A stretch of DNA of 64,000 bases from an uncultured Ruminiclostridium sp. (GCA_964453275.1 CAYVNT010000002.1:206417-270416); one strand, 5' to 3'. Positions 53,981-64,000 are shown, counted from the first letter of the stretch. The notes: a model not told the origin generated them from the sequence alone. A program made the numbers and translations.

Positions 53981-56663
53981 GCAAGGTCACCTCCTCCAAG
54001 GGTAGTGCAAAGGAAAACACCGTACCCTTGGGACTGTTGTCTGTGACAGAAATCGTGCCGCCATGCGCCGTGACGATGGACTTGCACAGCGCAAGCCCCA
54101 AGCCCAGGCTGCGGCGGCTATCTGCCAAGCCGGGCGCGGCGGTGTAAAACATATCAAACAGCTTCGGCTTGGCCTCGTCGGGAATCCCATCGCCGTTGTC
54201 CGCGATTTCCGTGACCACAAAGCCGTTCTCCTTGACGGTGCGTATGACGATTTTAGAACCCTTTGGCGTGTACTTAATGGCATTATCGATCATATTGATG
54301 ATGACCTGCACAATGAGCTTGGCATCCATTTTGACAACAATGAAATCCTCGGCTTGCTCCACGACGATCTCATGTTCTTCCCCTTGGCGGCAGGTATGGC
54401 TCAAGGCCTCCATAACCACCTCCTCCATCAGCTCGGCGGTCATATTAAGACGCATAGAGCCCTCCTCGATTCTGGTGACGGACAAGAGGTTTTCCACCAG
54501 GTTGATCAGCCACTGGGAGTCATCGTAAATATCAGTATAGAGGCTCTTTCGTTTTTCCTTGCTGAAGGCCTCCTCATTGTTGAGCAGAATGCCCGCATTG
54601 CCGGATATGGCCGTCAAAGGGGTGCGCAGATCATGCGAAATGGAGCGCAGCAGATCGGCGCGCAGCTGCTCGTTTTTCGCCAACACAGCGGCCTCCTGCC
54701 TCTCCTTAAGCGCTTGCTGGCTCTCCAAGGTCAGCGCGCACTCGCCTAAGAGGGAGAGCACAATGCTGTTTTCAAAGGCATCCAGAGGTGTCCCGTTCAT
54801 CGCAATGCCAACCACACCGTAAACCGTATCGTTTACGCGCACGGCAAGATACAAGCACTTGGCATTGCCCAGGGTATTGGTGGTGGCGCCGGCATGTTTA
54901 TTGTTTTTACAAACCCAGGTGGCAACCGCCCTTTCGTTCGGGGACAAATACTCCTGCTCACGAGAAGCCTCTGACACGACAAACACGGAGGGCTCTTGCA
55001 GCACCTGGTGGTCCAGCAGGTAAAACACAATATCTTTTTCCAAGAGCTTCATCAGCTGCCCTGCCGTCACTTTCACAACGGTTTTTCGATCGGTCGATTT
55101 TTGCAGCAGCTGATTGGTCTCGAGCAGCACCTTGGTACGATAGGCGGTTTGCGCCGTGCGTTGGGCATGGCGTTTGATGCGCGTGGCGAGCGTACCGGTT
55201 AAAAAGGCGGAGAGGAACATGATAAAAAAGGTCACCGGATAGCCCCTGTCATAGGCGTTGAGTGTAAAGTATGGCTCTGTGAATAAGAAGTTAAACGTCA
55301 ACACACTGACAAGGGATAGAACCAAGCTATACACCCGGTGGCTCGTCATGATGGCGGTGAGCAAGACGCCAAAAATATAGACCGTTATGATATTGGCTTC
55401 GCTGAAGTTTAAGCTGCGGAAAATGGCCCCGATGCCGGTGGCCAGAAGCAGCACAGCCAAGCTTTTGAGCGCATCCAACCAGCGAAACTCAAAGCGCTCT
55501 TGCCTTGCCTTGACCGCCCGGTAGCTGACCATATTTTTTTCCGGAATGATGTAGATATCCAGACTGGGCGCAGCGGCGGTGAGCCTCTCCGTCAAAGACG
55601 GTTTCCACAGCAAGCCCCGACGGCCCGTGCTGCTTCTGCCGAGCACAATCTTGGATACGCCGGACAATCGAGCAAATTCGGCGATCTGAAAGGGGACATC
55701 GTCGCCATACACCGTCTCAATTTCCGCGCCCAGCTGGCGGGCAAGCGCAATGTTCGTGCGCAGTCTGTTCTTATCCTCCTCGCGCATCACGGCAAAATCA
55801 GGCGTCTCGACGAACAGCGCGGTAAAGCTGCCTTTGAATGCACTGGCCATACGGGCGGCGGTACGAATAATCTTTGCGTTGGTCGGAGACGAGGACAGGC
55901 AGACAAGGACATGTTCATCCGTGTGGTAGTCCGCCTGCGACTGCCTGACCTTTTCCGAAATCTTATTGACGCGGTCGGCACAGCGCCGCAGCGCAATCTC
56001 ACGCAAGGCCGTCAGGTTCTCGACGGCAAAGAAGTGACTCAGCGCCTTATTCGCCTGTTCTTCCCTGTACACCTTGCCTTCTTTGAGCCGTTCGATCAAT
56101 TCTTCCGGTTCAATATCCACCAGTTCCACCTGATCCGCGCGATCAAACACCTTATCGGGAATGCGTTCACGCACTGAAATGCCCGTGATGGAGGCGACAA
56201 TATCGTTGAGGCTTTCAATGTGCTGCACGTTGACGGTGGTGTAAACATCTATGCCCGCTTTGAGCAGTTCGTCCACATCCTGATAGCGTTTGGTATGGCG
56301 GCAGCCTTCTGCGTTCGAGTGCGCCAATTCGTCCACCAAGATCAGCTGCGGATGGCGGCGGATGGCGGCGTCCAGGTCGAATTCTTGGACGGTGATGCCT
56401 TTGTGACTGACGGGCAGGTTGCCCAGTTGTTCCAAACCGTCGAGCAGCGCGCTTGTCTGCGGCCTGGCATGCGGCTCCACGTAACCGGCCACCACATCCA
56501 CACCGCGCCGCTTGGCCTCTTGCGCGGCCTGCAGCATGGCATAGGTCTTGCCGACACCGGCGGCGTAGCCGAAAAATATCTTCAAATGCCCGCGCTGTTC
56601 CGACAGGGCCTCATCTTTGATTTTTCTCAACAACGCTTCCGGATTTGCTCTCGGATCTTCCAC
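53973..56663 (-). CDS. kdpD: KdpD sensor histidine kinase
   Basis: GYAAGVGKTYAML, VDELAHSN, Usp-like domain, four TMs, SISHDLRTPL, GLGLALCKSIV. Confidence 0.96.
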   Translation of the reverse strand: MEDPRANPEALLRKIKDEALSEQRGHLKIFFGYAAGVGKTYAMLQAAQEAKRRGVDVVAGYVEPHARPQTSALLDGLEQLGNLPVSHKGITVQEFDLDAAIRRHPQLILVDELAHSNAEGCRHTKRYQDVDELLKAGIDVYTTVNVQHIESLNDIVASITGISVRERIPDKVFDRADQVELVDIEPEELIERLKEGKVYREEQANKALSHFFAVENLTALREIALRRCADRVNKISEKVRQSQADYHTDEHVLVCLSSSPTNAKIIRTAARMASAFKGSFTALFVETPDFAVMREEDKNRLRTNIALARQLGAEIETVYGDDVPFQIAEFARLSGVSKIVLGRSSTGRRGLLWKPSLTERLTAAAPSLDIYIIPEKNMVSYRAVKARQERFEFRWLDALKSLAVLLLATGIGAIFRSLNFSEANIITVYIFGVLLTAIMTSHRVYSLVLSLVSVLTFNFLFTEPYFTLNAYDRGYPVTFFIMFLSAFLTGTLATRIKRHAQRTAQTAYRTKVLLETNQLLQKSTDRKTVVKVTAGQLMKLLEKDIVFYLLDHQVLQEPSVFVVSEASREQEYLSPNERAVATWVCKNNKHAGATTNTLGNAKCLYLAVRVNDTVYGVVGIAMNGTPLDAFENSIVLSLLGECALTLESQQALKERQEAAVLAKNEQLRADLLRSISHDLRTPLTAISGNAGILLNNEEAFSKEKRKSLYTDIYDDSQWLINLVENLLSVTRIEEGSMRLNMTAELMEEVVMEALSHTCRQGEEHEIVVEQAEDFIVVKMDAKLIVQVIINMIDNAIKYTPKGSKIVIRTVKENGFVVTEIADNGDGIPDEAKPKLFDMFYTAAPGLADSRRSLGLGLALCKSIVTAHGGTISVTDNSPKGTVFSFALPLEEVTLHE

Positions 56664-56797
56664 GCAAACGCCCCCCTCTTGACGAGGTCACACCATACCG
56701 CAAGCCATAACGGCGTTGACCATACATATCATAGACCATCAGTTGATGCTAGTATACCACAAGGGGCTTTAAAAATATATAAACAGAACCATCACAA

Positions 56798-56814
56798 TAT
56801 TAAGATTGTATAAA
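56798..56814 (-). promoter_or_regulatory. KdpE-box-like site upstream of the kdpD promoter
   Basis: TTTATACAATCTTAATA; extended -10 TGGTATACT lies further downstream. Confidence 0.5.
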
Positions 56815-56819
56815 GAATC

Positions 56820-57011
56820 TTACATCCATCCAAATAAAAGGGAGAAGGGCAGCATCACAGCGACTGTACCCAGAAACACCGTGCCCAAGATAAACAGCGG
56901 CATGGCAAAAAAGAGCAGCAACAGCGTGATATGAGGATGATCGTCCATCCATCTGTCCAAGGTCTTGGGGCAGAGATGTTTTTTCTTCATGGTTTGCAAG
57001 AGTCCAGGCAA
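56820..57011 (-). CDS. Small membrane protein (about 63 aa)
   Basis: AGGAGGTG-6 nt-TTG start; WMDDHPH followed by a long hydrophobic hairpin ending LLFGWM. Confidence 0.65.
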   Translation of the reverse strand: MPGLLQTMKKKHLCPKTLDRWMDDHPHITLLLLFFAMPLFILGTVFLGTVAVMLPFSLLFGWM

Positions 57012-57081
57012 GTCGCTCACCTCCTTCTCCCCTATCCTAGCGCGTGTGCTGCAAAAATGGTATGAACACTTCACGCTTTGG

Positions 57082-57098
57082 CCTTAAAACGGTATAAG
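57082..57098 (-). promoter_or_regulatory. Second KdpE-box-like site upstream of the small membrane gene
   Basis: CTTATACCGTTTTAAGG. Confidence 0.4.
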
Positions 57099-57158
57099 GA
57101 GACATAAAAAAGCCGGCGACCGATGGCGGTCGCCGACCTTCTCATGAAACGCTGCGTC

Positions 57159-58232
57159 TTATTTGAACAGTTTGATGGTCCCCGTGTCATTCAAATGCCT
57201 GAGCAGCGAGAGCATGATCGGAAAACCGAACAGGCCAAGCACTCCAAACAGCTGCGCGCCGACAAACATACTGACCAGGGTTACGATGGGATGCAGGCCG
57301 ATCTGGCTGCCCACAATTTTGGGTTCCAGTATGTTGCGGATTACGGTGATGACAAGATACAGCACCAGCAAGGCAATGGCCAGCTTAAAATCGCCCTGTA
57401 TGGCGACAATGATCATCCAGGGGATCATGATGCCGCCGGTGCCCAGTACGGGCAGAATGTCAAAGATGGCAATGCCCAGCGCAATCAGGATGGCGTTTGG
57501 TATGCCGATGATGCTCAGCCCCACAGATAACTCGGCAAAGGTGATGAGCATGATGAGCGCATAAGAGCGGATACAGACGAGGAGCGTGCCAACCACATAT
57601 TCCTGCACACGCAGCAAAAATCGCTTGACTTTTTCCGTCATTTGGCGCGAGACAAATTCCGCCAGTTGGTCATAATCACCCGCGATAAAGAAGGTGGAAA
57701 TGATCATCAGCAGAATTTTGATCAGCAGGCCGGGCAAAAGCGTGGCATAACCGGATAGCGTGCGCACCGCCGTGACCGACAGGTTCGTCACCAGTTCACC
57801 GAGAGACTGCGTCAGCTGGGTGAACATATCGTTAATCGCGGACACAAGCGCGGGATCCATGCGGGCAACGGTCTGCTCCACCCCGTCAAACGCGGCGCCA
57901 AGCAGGGGTTCGATCTCCGTGCTGTAGATATGCGGCAGCTTTGACACAAAATCCGTGGCAGAGGTGATCATCTTAATGCCCGCCAGAGAGAGCATCACGC
58001 CCACCGTCGCATAAAACAGCAGCACCAAAAACAGGGCGATTGGCTTATAGGGAATCTTCGTTTTGCGGGCCAGCCATCTGGCCGGTATTTTCAGCAGGGA
58101 CGCAATCAGCAGCGCCAAAATAAACGGCGCAAGCAGCCCCAAACCATAGTGAATGATGCCGTAGACCACTAGGGCAATCAGGCCGATATAGAGCAAGTTA
58201 ATGATAAACCGTTTTCGTTTTTCGTAGTCCAT
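57159..58232 (-). CDS. ytvI: Sporulation integral membrane protein YtvI (AI-2E family)
   Basis: LLAPFILALLIA, FDILPVLGTG, IRNILEPKIVGSQIGLHP. Confidence 0.9.
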   Translation of the reverse strand: MDYEKRKRFIINLLYIGLIALVVYGIIHYGLGLLAPFILALLIASLLKIPARWLARKTKIPYKPIALFLVLLFYATVGVMLSLAGIKMITSATDFVSKLPHIYSTEIEPLLGAAFDGVEQTVARMDPALVSAINDMFTQLTQSLGELVTNLSVTAVRTLSGYATLLPGLLIKILLMIISTFFIAGDYDQLAEFVSRQMTEKVKRFLLRVQEYVVGTLLVCIRSYALIMLITFAELSVGLSIIGIPNAILIALGIAIFDILPVLGTGGIMIPWMIIVAIQGDFKLAIALLVLYLVITVIRNILEPKIVGSQIGLHPIVTLVSMFVGAQLFGVLGLFGFPIMLSLLRHLNDTGTIKLFK

Positions 58233-58289
58233 TTGTTTTTCTCATTTCAATCACTGGCTATGCAGTGCGGTCCGTGTTACCATGTCTTA

Positions 58290-59882
58290 TCATTTGCTCG
58301 GTGTCTGTATATCACAGCTGTGCAGTACACCGCGCGAGAGTGCGAAGCAGCCAAACGCCGCCAGGAGCTCCCAGAGGCTCAGAATGCCCAGGCCGAGCAC
58401 CGTTCCCATCGTGCCGCCAAGGGCTGACCCCACGACAATCGCCGCGATCAGGCCGGGCGCAATCAGGATCAACACCGCCAGGATATAGACCGTGAGCAGA
58501 ATGCCGACGCCCAACTCCGTGCCAAACCAGCGCATTGACACATAGTTTACCCCAATGAGCATCATAGAAAACAGGGTATACACCGTGATGCTTCCGATGA
58601 TCACAAGCAGCGCATCGCCGCTCAGTCCACCGGCCAGGCCAAAGAGCAGCGCGCTCTCTATGAGCACCTTCACAACAGGCTCCATATTGCTCCAAAGGAT
58701 CTTTTGAAAGGAGCTCTCCGGCACCAGGTAGATATAGTGCGTCATCGTCTCCTTGATGCCGCGGCCGGTACCGATCAAAAAGATTTGGATCCACATGATA
58801 ATCTGCAAAACCATCAGGCAAATGCCGGACTCACCCCGCAGCAGATAGGCCAACACGCCCGCACCCAGGATCATCAAGATGCTTTGCCAGGACAGCAAAC
58901 CCAAGACACTTGCGCGCGTGGTCTCCCGCACATGTTTGTAGAGGAAGGCCGAGGCCCCCGCGCCGCCCACGCCTGTCTTTGTCACCTTGGTCTTCTTGGT
59001 GTTCAGAATCGCCTCTGCATTGGTTTGCCCTTCGGCAAGGGCACGTTTTTTCTCAAACGATGTCTCGGTGGCAACCAGCACATCCTCGTAGTAGTCCATA
59101 TTGCCAAGCAAGATATAGGCCAGCAGTCCGGCAAACAGCAAAACCAGCGGCGCGGCAAATAAGAGGCCGTCTGTGCCTGCGCCGCCGATCCAAGACAGGG
59201 CGCTCTGCGCACCCCAGCCCGCAATGGGCGTCCAGGAGAGTACAGGCGAGCGCAAGGTCTGCTCCAGGGCAGGCAACAGCGCACTTCCCTGCACCAACTG
59301 CGCGGCAAACACCGCCAAGAGCGGTACAAACAGCACTGCCGTGATCCCCTTCACCAGGCGTTTGCGCGCCGGGCGGCCATTGGTCAAGTTGTAGAGCACC
59401 AGAGAGAGGATGGACAGCAGGACAGTCATCAGCAGGAAGGTGACGAATAAAATCACAACCGAGCCATAGCCCTCACCGAACACCCGTTTCAGATTGCCGC
59501 CCATGTATAGAATGAAAAAGCCGGCCCAAAAAGCCGTTTTGGTCATTTGAAACAGACCATAGCCCAAAATGGTTTTGGGACTGATGGGCGAGACAAAGAG
59601 CAAATTGACATCCTGCATCTCGAAGATCACGTCCCCGTTCGACAGGCCCTTTTGCACAGAAAGCAGAAAGAAAACCGCCAGCAGCGCAAAGAAAATACCC
59701 TTGAGCCAGATGAGGTCCGTCTGTTCGCCCAGCGGCGGCGGCGACATGACCATCTGCTGCACAATGAGCGCCACGATGCCGGCCGTACAGAGCATGTACA
59801 GGGCCAGCTTGGCAGGCTTGTGCAGCATCTCAAGGAAGCGATTTTTCAGGCTGGTGACAATGATATACCAAAGCGCCCGCAT
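58290..59882 (-). CDS. Putative ABC exporter permease
   Basis: Multi-TM; DVNLLFVSPISPKTILGYG, DYYEDVL; follows the ATPase gene. Confidence 0.8.
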   Translation of the reverse strand: MRALWYIIVTSLKNRFLEMLHKPAKLALYMLCTAGIVALIVQQMVMSPPPLGEQTDLIWLKGIFFALLAVFFLLSVQKGLSNGDVIFEMQDVNLLFVSPISPKTILGYGLFQMTKTAFWAGFFILYMGGNLKRVFGEGYGSVVILFVTFLLMTVLLSILSLVLYNLTNGRPARKRLVKGITAVLFVPLLAVFAAQLVQGSALLPALEQTLRSPVLSWTPIAGWGAQSALSWIGGAGTDGLLFAAPLVLLFAGLLAYILLGNMDYYEDVLVATETSFEKKRALAEGQTNAEAILNTKKTKVTKTGVGGAGASAFLYKHVRETTRASVLGLLSWQSILMILGAGVLAYLLRGESGICLMVLQIIMWIQIFLIGTGRGIKETMTHYIYLVPESSFQKILWSNMEPVVKVLIESALLFGLAGGLSGDALLVIIGSITVYTLFSMMLIGVNYVSMRWFGTELGVGILLTVYILAVLILIAPGLIAAIVVGSALGGTMGTVLGLGILSLWELLAAFGCFALSRGVLHSCDIQTPSK

Positions 59883-59884
59883 CT

Positions 59885-60580
59885 TCAGGACCCTCCTTCG
59901 GTGATGGAGAAATACAAGTCCTCCAGACCGTGTTCGGCGGCCTCGGCACGGTGGCAGACATGCGCGAGCTTTCCCTGTTTCATGATATAGGTGACGTCCC
60001 AGTTTTCCTCCATGCTGTCAATCATGTGCGTACTGACCAGCATGGCGCAGCCTTCCTGCTTCAGCTCTGCCATGAGCGACTTCAATTCACGGATGGCGTG
60101 CGGATCCAAGCCCACCAGAGGCTCATCAAAAATGACCGCCTTAGGGTTGGGCAGCAGCGCGCAGCAAATACTGATCTTTTGCTGCATGCCCTTGGACAGT
60201 TCTTTGGCCAGCTTCATGCGCTTATCCGTCAGTTCGAAGCGGGTGAGCAGCGACTCGGCGCGCGCCTCCCAGTGCTCCAGGCGATACGCGCGCGCGATAA
60301 ACTCCAAATGCTCATACACCGTCAGCATGGGATAGAGCGCCGGAAATTCGGGGATATACCCCAGCAGACGCTTGGCCTGCGTGCTGTGGGTTTCGTGTCC
60401 ATCTATGGTGACAATGCCGTCAAAGCGCAGCAGGCCGCAGATGCATTTGATGAGCGTTGACTTGCCCGCGCCGTTCGGTCCCAAGAGCACAGCCAGCTCG
60501 CCCGGCGCCACATCAATACAAACCCGGTCGTTGGCCAGAAACTTGCGGTATCTTTTTGAAATATTCTCTGCGTGAATCAT
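59885..60580 (-). CDS. ABC transporter ATP-binding protein
   Basis: GPNGAGKST, LSKGMQQK, IFDEPLVGLD. Confidence 0.95.
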   Translation of the reverse strand: MIHAENISKRYRKFLANDRVCIDVAPGELAVLLGPNGAGKSTLIKCICGLLRFDGIVTIDGHETHSTQAKRLLGYIPEFPALYPMLTVYEHLEFIARAYRLEHWEARAESLLTRFELTDKRMKLAKELSKGMQQKISICCALLPNPKAVIFDEPLVGLDPHAIRELKSLMAELKQEGCAMLVSTHMIDSMEENWDVTYIMKQGKLAHVCHRAEAAEHGLEDLYFSITEGGS

Positions 60581-60853
60581 GTCAATTCCTTTCTACTGTC
60601 CTCGATGTTTCATCTCAAACAGGCCTCTAACGCAAACGTCAGGCTGCGCAAACGCAAACAGACACAGCCCACCGCTCACCCGCGCAAGCATAGGCCATGT
60701 CTGATACCAGCGGATATTCTCCATAAAGAGAGCTTGTCCTTGTTCTCGTCGAAACTACTGTCCATCAAAGGATTGCTCCTCTACTTTCTGCATGAGATCG
60801 TCTGCATCATGATACCAAATGCCACGCGATTCGTCAATGACGACTTGCTTGGT

Positions 60854-61666
60854 TCAGCTAGACGCCTCGCGCACCATCACTTCTACACGCAGACAGGTTC
60901 GCTCCAAGTCCGATACGGCAATGTCGTTGAAGGGGTACTCCTCATAGACCTCACCGCAGGCGCATAAACCCTGCGCGTCGATATACGCACGCAGACGCTG
61001 ATACAGTGCGTCCGCCTGCCAAGGGTCGCACCTGCCATAGACCACGGCGTAGCGTCCTTTCGGTTTGACGGCATTGCCTCCGCTGCCCACTTTAAAATAG
61101 TACTGCTCGCTGCCCGTGGCCGCTGCGCCCAACAGGACCGCCTGCGACAGCATCGTGCCCTGCGGATAGCCCAGGTTCACCCCCTTGGCGTCCGCATATT
61201 CGTAGGAAAAGATCCCGCCCTCGAAGGTATCCATATGCGCCGGTATGGGCGGACAGAGGAACAGGGCTTCCTCCTCTTTCTCCTGCAAAAGCAGCGCCTC
61301 CTCCCCAAAGCTAAGCGCCTGCTTTACCATGTCGGCATACATGTTCAGAATCAGGCGCGTCTCGCGCAGTTGGCGGATTTCCGCCTCAATCAGTGCATCC
61401 TGTTGCGCAAACAACGCCAGAGAGGATTCCGGCGTACGCTGGGCAGCGTAGCGTTTGATGGCATCAATGCCAACCCCCAGTCCGCGCAAGCTGCTGATCA
61501 GGTAAGCCGTATTCAATTGATGGCGGGAATAGTAACGATAGTTGTTCTCCCCCCGCGTTTCGGGCGACAGGAGACCGATGCGGTCATAGTAGCGCAAATT
61601 CTCCCGTTTGATGCCAGTCAGGCGGGAAAATTCCAAGATTGTCAGCTGTTTTTTGGGGCTCATCAT
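60854..61666 (-). CDS. MerR family regulator (BltR/BmrR-like, GyrI-like C-terminus)
   Basis: LTILEFSRLTGI..ENLRYYDRIGLL.P...NNYRYY. Confidence 0.92.
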   Translation of the reverse strand: MMSPKKQLTILEFSRLTGIKRENLRYYDRIGLLSPETRGENNYRYYSRHQLNTAYLISSLRGLGVGIDAIKRYAAQRTPESSLALFAQQDALIEAEIRQLRETRLILNMYADMVKQALSFGEEALLLQEKEEEALFLCPPIPAHMDTFEGGIFSYEYADAKGVNLGYPQGTMLSQAVLLGAAATGSEQYYFKVGSGGNAVKPKGRYAVVYGRCDPWQADALYQRLRAYIDAQGLCACGEVYEEYPFNDIAVSDLERTCLRVEVMVREASS

Positions 61667-61695
61667 AAAACCTCTCTCTTTTTTTGTCTAGGCTC

Positions 61696-61726
61696 TTGAC
61701 ATTAAAGTTACTTCATGGTTTATGAT
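61696..61726 (+). promoter_or_regulatory. MerR-type promoter with a 19-bp spacer
   Basis: TTGACA-TTAAAGTTACTTCATGGTT-TATGAT; imperfect dyad centred on AAGT-T-ACTT. Confidence 0.85.
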
Positions 61727-61771
61727 ACCTCTTGGCAGCATAAAACGCAAGCACCGAAACAGGAGGTTTAC

Positions 61772-63505
61772 ATGAAATATTTGACACAGTATCTCAAACG
61801 ACAGAAAGGCAAAACAGCGCTATCACTCTTGCTGCTGCTTGGTCAGGTGGTGGGTACCCTGCTCATCCCCGCGCTGATCGCCAAGGTCGTGGATGAGGGC
61901 ATTTTACAAAACAATATGCCAGTCATCATTCGGATGGGGATACAGATGCTGATTGTCGCCGTGGTCGCCACGGCCATTTCGGTCTGGGGCAGCTGGGCCA
62001 CCAGTGACTTGGCCGCGCTGTTCGGCCGTGAGATGCGCACGCAGCTCTTTGGCAAGGTACAGACGCTTTCCGTGCAGCAATTCAATGCCCTGGGCGTCTC
62101 CTCGCTGATCACCCGCTCTACATCAGATATCACCAATCTGCAACAAACGCTCGGCATGTTTTTGCAGCTGGTTGTACCCGCCCCGCTCATCGTCGTGGTC
62201 TCCATGGTGATGACCGCTATGGTCAGCCCCACCATTGCGCTCATACAGCTGGGATTCATGGCCGTCATGCTGATCGCAGCCGCCATCATCTTCAAAAAGT
62301 CCTTACCCCTATCGAGCAGCATTCAGACGCGCCTGGACCAGATCAATAAGGTGGTGCGTGAAGTCATCACAGGCGTGCGGGTGCTGCGTGCCTTTGGCAA
62401 TGAGCGCTACGAGGAAGCGCGCGCGGGTCAGGCCTATGAGAGCTACGCCGGTAACATGATCCGCCTCAACCGGCTCTTTGCTGTGTTCAGCCCCATCGTG
62501 TGGCTGCTGATGGGCGGACTGATGGTAGTCATTTTAGGCGTGGGCGGCCTGTTTTCGCTGCATGGCTCCATGGCCGTGGGACAGATCACCGCCGCGACCG
62601 AGTACGCCACCCTGACCATGGCTTATTTAATGATGGGCGTTGCGACCCTCACCACGCTACCCAAGGCGCGGGCCTGCCTCAAGCGTCTGGAGGAAGTGCT
62701 CGACACCCAGCCGGATATCGTCGATGGCGTTACGCCGGCCAAAGAGCCAAACACAGCGGCAGCGTCGCCTGTTGTCAGCTTCGAACACGTGAGCTTCTCC
62801 TACCCCGGCGCGGAGGAAGCCGTCATAGCGGATCTCTCTTTCAGCATGTATCCTGGTCAAACCACCGCCGTCATCGGCAGCACCGGCTCCGGCAAGAGCA
62901 CGCTCGCCGATTTGCTGCTGCGCCTGCATGACGTGCAAGCGGGCCGCATCTTGCTGCGCGGGGTGGATATCCGCTCGCTTTCACAACAGGAACTGCGCGC
63001 GCGTATTGGCAGCGTACCGCAGAAAGCTTTCCTATTTTCCGGCACCATTGCGGAAAACCTGCGTATGGGTAAGGCGGATGCCAGCGAAGCGGAACTCTGG
63101 GCAGCCCTGCGCCTGGCACAGGCAGCGGACTTTGTCGAAGGACTGCCGCGCGGGCTAAACGCGCCTGTTTCGCAAGGCGGCACCAACTTCTCCGGCGGTC
63201 AGCGGCAGCGGCTTGCCATCGCCCGCGCGCTGGTCAAGCAGGCCGAGTTGCTCCTATTTGACGACAGTTTTTCCGCCCTGGACGTCAAAACCGACGCCGC
63301 CTTGCGGGCCGCCCTGCGTCAACACGTGCAAGTCCCCGCCAAGTTGATCATCGCCCAGCGCGTGAGCAGTATTCTTGACGCTGACCAGATTCTGGTCCTC
63401 GACGAAGGTCAGCTGGTGGGCATCGGAACGCACAACGACCTGTTAAACACCTGCGCGGTCTACCGCGATATCGCCGAGAGCCAGATGAACCGAAAGGAGG
63501 CCTAA
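61772..63505 (+). CDS. Heterodimeric ABC multidrug-type exporter, subunit 1
   Basis: SSLITRSTSDI, GSTGSGKST, FSGGQRQR, LLFDDSFSALD (non-canonical Walker B). Confidence 0.93.
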   Translation: MKYLTQYLKRQKGKTALSLLLLLGQVVGTLLIPALIAKVVDEGILQNNMPVIIRMGIQMLIVAVVATAISVWGSWATSDLAALFGREMRTQLFGKVQTLSVQQFNALGVSSLITRSTSDITNLQQTLGMFLQLVVPAPLIVVVSMVMTAMVSPTIALIQLGFMAVMLIAAAIIFKKSLPLSSSIQTRLDQINKVVREVITGVRVLRAFGNERYEEARAGQAYESYAGNMIRLNRLFAVFSPIVWLLMGGLMVVILGVGGLFSLHGSMAVGQITAATEYATLTMAYLMMGVATLTTLPKARACLKRLEEVLDTQPDIVDGVTPAKEPNTAAASPVVSFEHVSFSYPGAEEAVIADLSFSMYPGQTTAVIGSTGSGKSTLADLLLRLHDVQAGRILLRGVDIRSLSQQELRARIGSVPQKAFLFSGTIAENLRMGKADASEAELWAALRLAQAADFVEGLPRGLNAPVSQGGTNFSGGQRQRLAIARALVKQAELLLFDDSFSALDVKTDAALRAALRQHVQVPAKLIIAQRVSSILDADQILVLDEGQLVGIGTHNDLLNTCAVYRDIAESQMNRKEA

Positions 63506-63508
63506 GCC

Positions 63509-64000
63509 ATGAGTAAGAAAACCGACAAGAAAAAAACACAGAACGAGGACATTCCGCAGAATGCCAAAGCAACCGTGCGGCGTTTTTTCGCCCGCCTGGC
63601 CCGGCAGAAAAAGAAGCTGTTTTTGGTCGCCGGTGCCACGCTGCTCAGCGCCGCAGCCTTCACCGCTATGCCGCTGGCGCTTGGCATGGGCATTGACCGT
63701 CTGGTCGCGGCCATACAGGCCTATGACGGAAGCATCGGTGTGCTCCAAACCGCCACGCAGGCCTTGGGCCTTCCCCTGCTGCTGATGTCCGGCGCCTTTT
63801 TGCTCAGCTGCCTGCTGGCCTATGTGCAGCAGTATACCATTGCCAGCGTGGGCGAGGAGCTGACGCTCTCCTTCCGCAAGGATATCAGCGCCAAGCTCAA
63901 CCGCCTGCCCTTGCGCTACTTCGATACCCATCAGACAGGCGAGGTCATGAGCCGCGTCACCAACGACTTAGAAAAAGTCTCAAGCGTCATGCAGGTCGGC
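63509..64000 (+). CDS. Heterodimeric ABC exporter, subunit 2 (runs off the window edge)
   Basis: Manual translation MSKKTDKKK...RKDISAKLNRLPLRYFDTHQTGEVMSRVTNDLE. Confidence 0.9.
   Translation, partial: MSKKTDKKKTQNEDIPQNAKATVRRFFARLARQKKKLFLVAGATLLSAAAFTAMPLALGMGIDRLVAAIQAYDGSIGVLQTATQALGLPLLLMSGAFLLSCLLAYVQQYTIASVGEELTLSFRKDISAKLNRLPLRYFDTHQTGEVMSRVTNDLEKVSSVMQVG

Noticed and set aside
60581-60853. Small ORFs of 29-43 aa between merR and the ABC ATPase
   Set aside because: No convincing RBS spacing or recognisable motif.

Overview
This is a chromosomal window from a gut-type Clostridia bacterium, probably Oscillospiraceae/Butyricicoccaceae-like. That placement is inferred from SLH surface proteins, the large Firmicutes-type SRP RNA and ytvI. 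Housekeeping anchors are two tRNA-Ser genes, ffs-dnaX-ybaB, katA, nadE, a guaA-like gene and kdpDE. Between them lie three SLH-anchored surface proteins (one about 2400 aa), a CZB chemoreceptor, an ECF sigma pair, a TRAP/CoA-transferase cluster, a TetR-amidohydrolase-MMPL-GLUG operon and ABC exporters. An eroded, AT-rich integrative island (about 45.8-50.9 kb) sits at the guaA 3' end. It carries an AIPR defence gene, two integrase remnants and a toxin/immunity-like pair. The most unusual signals are: (i) a Glu-for-Asp pseudo-receiver SARP-type regulator followed by a textbook SARP heptamer promoter in front of the giant surface protein; (ii) a GuaA whose glutaminase domain is collapsed, next to an NH3-type NadE with a long structured leader; (iii) the operon with two small beta-barrel paralogues; (iv) kdpDE without kdpABC but with two KdpE-like boxes around a small membrane-protein gene. 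All family assignments come from motif recognition by eye; no searches were run.
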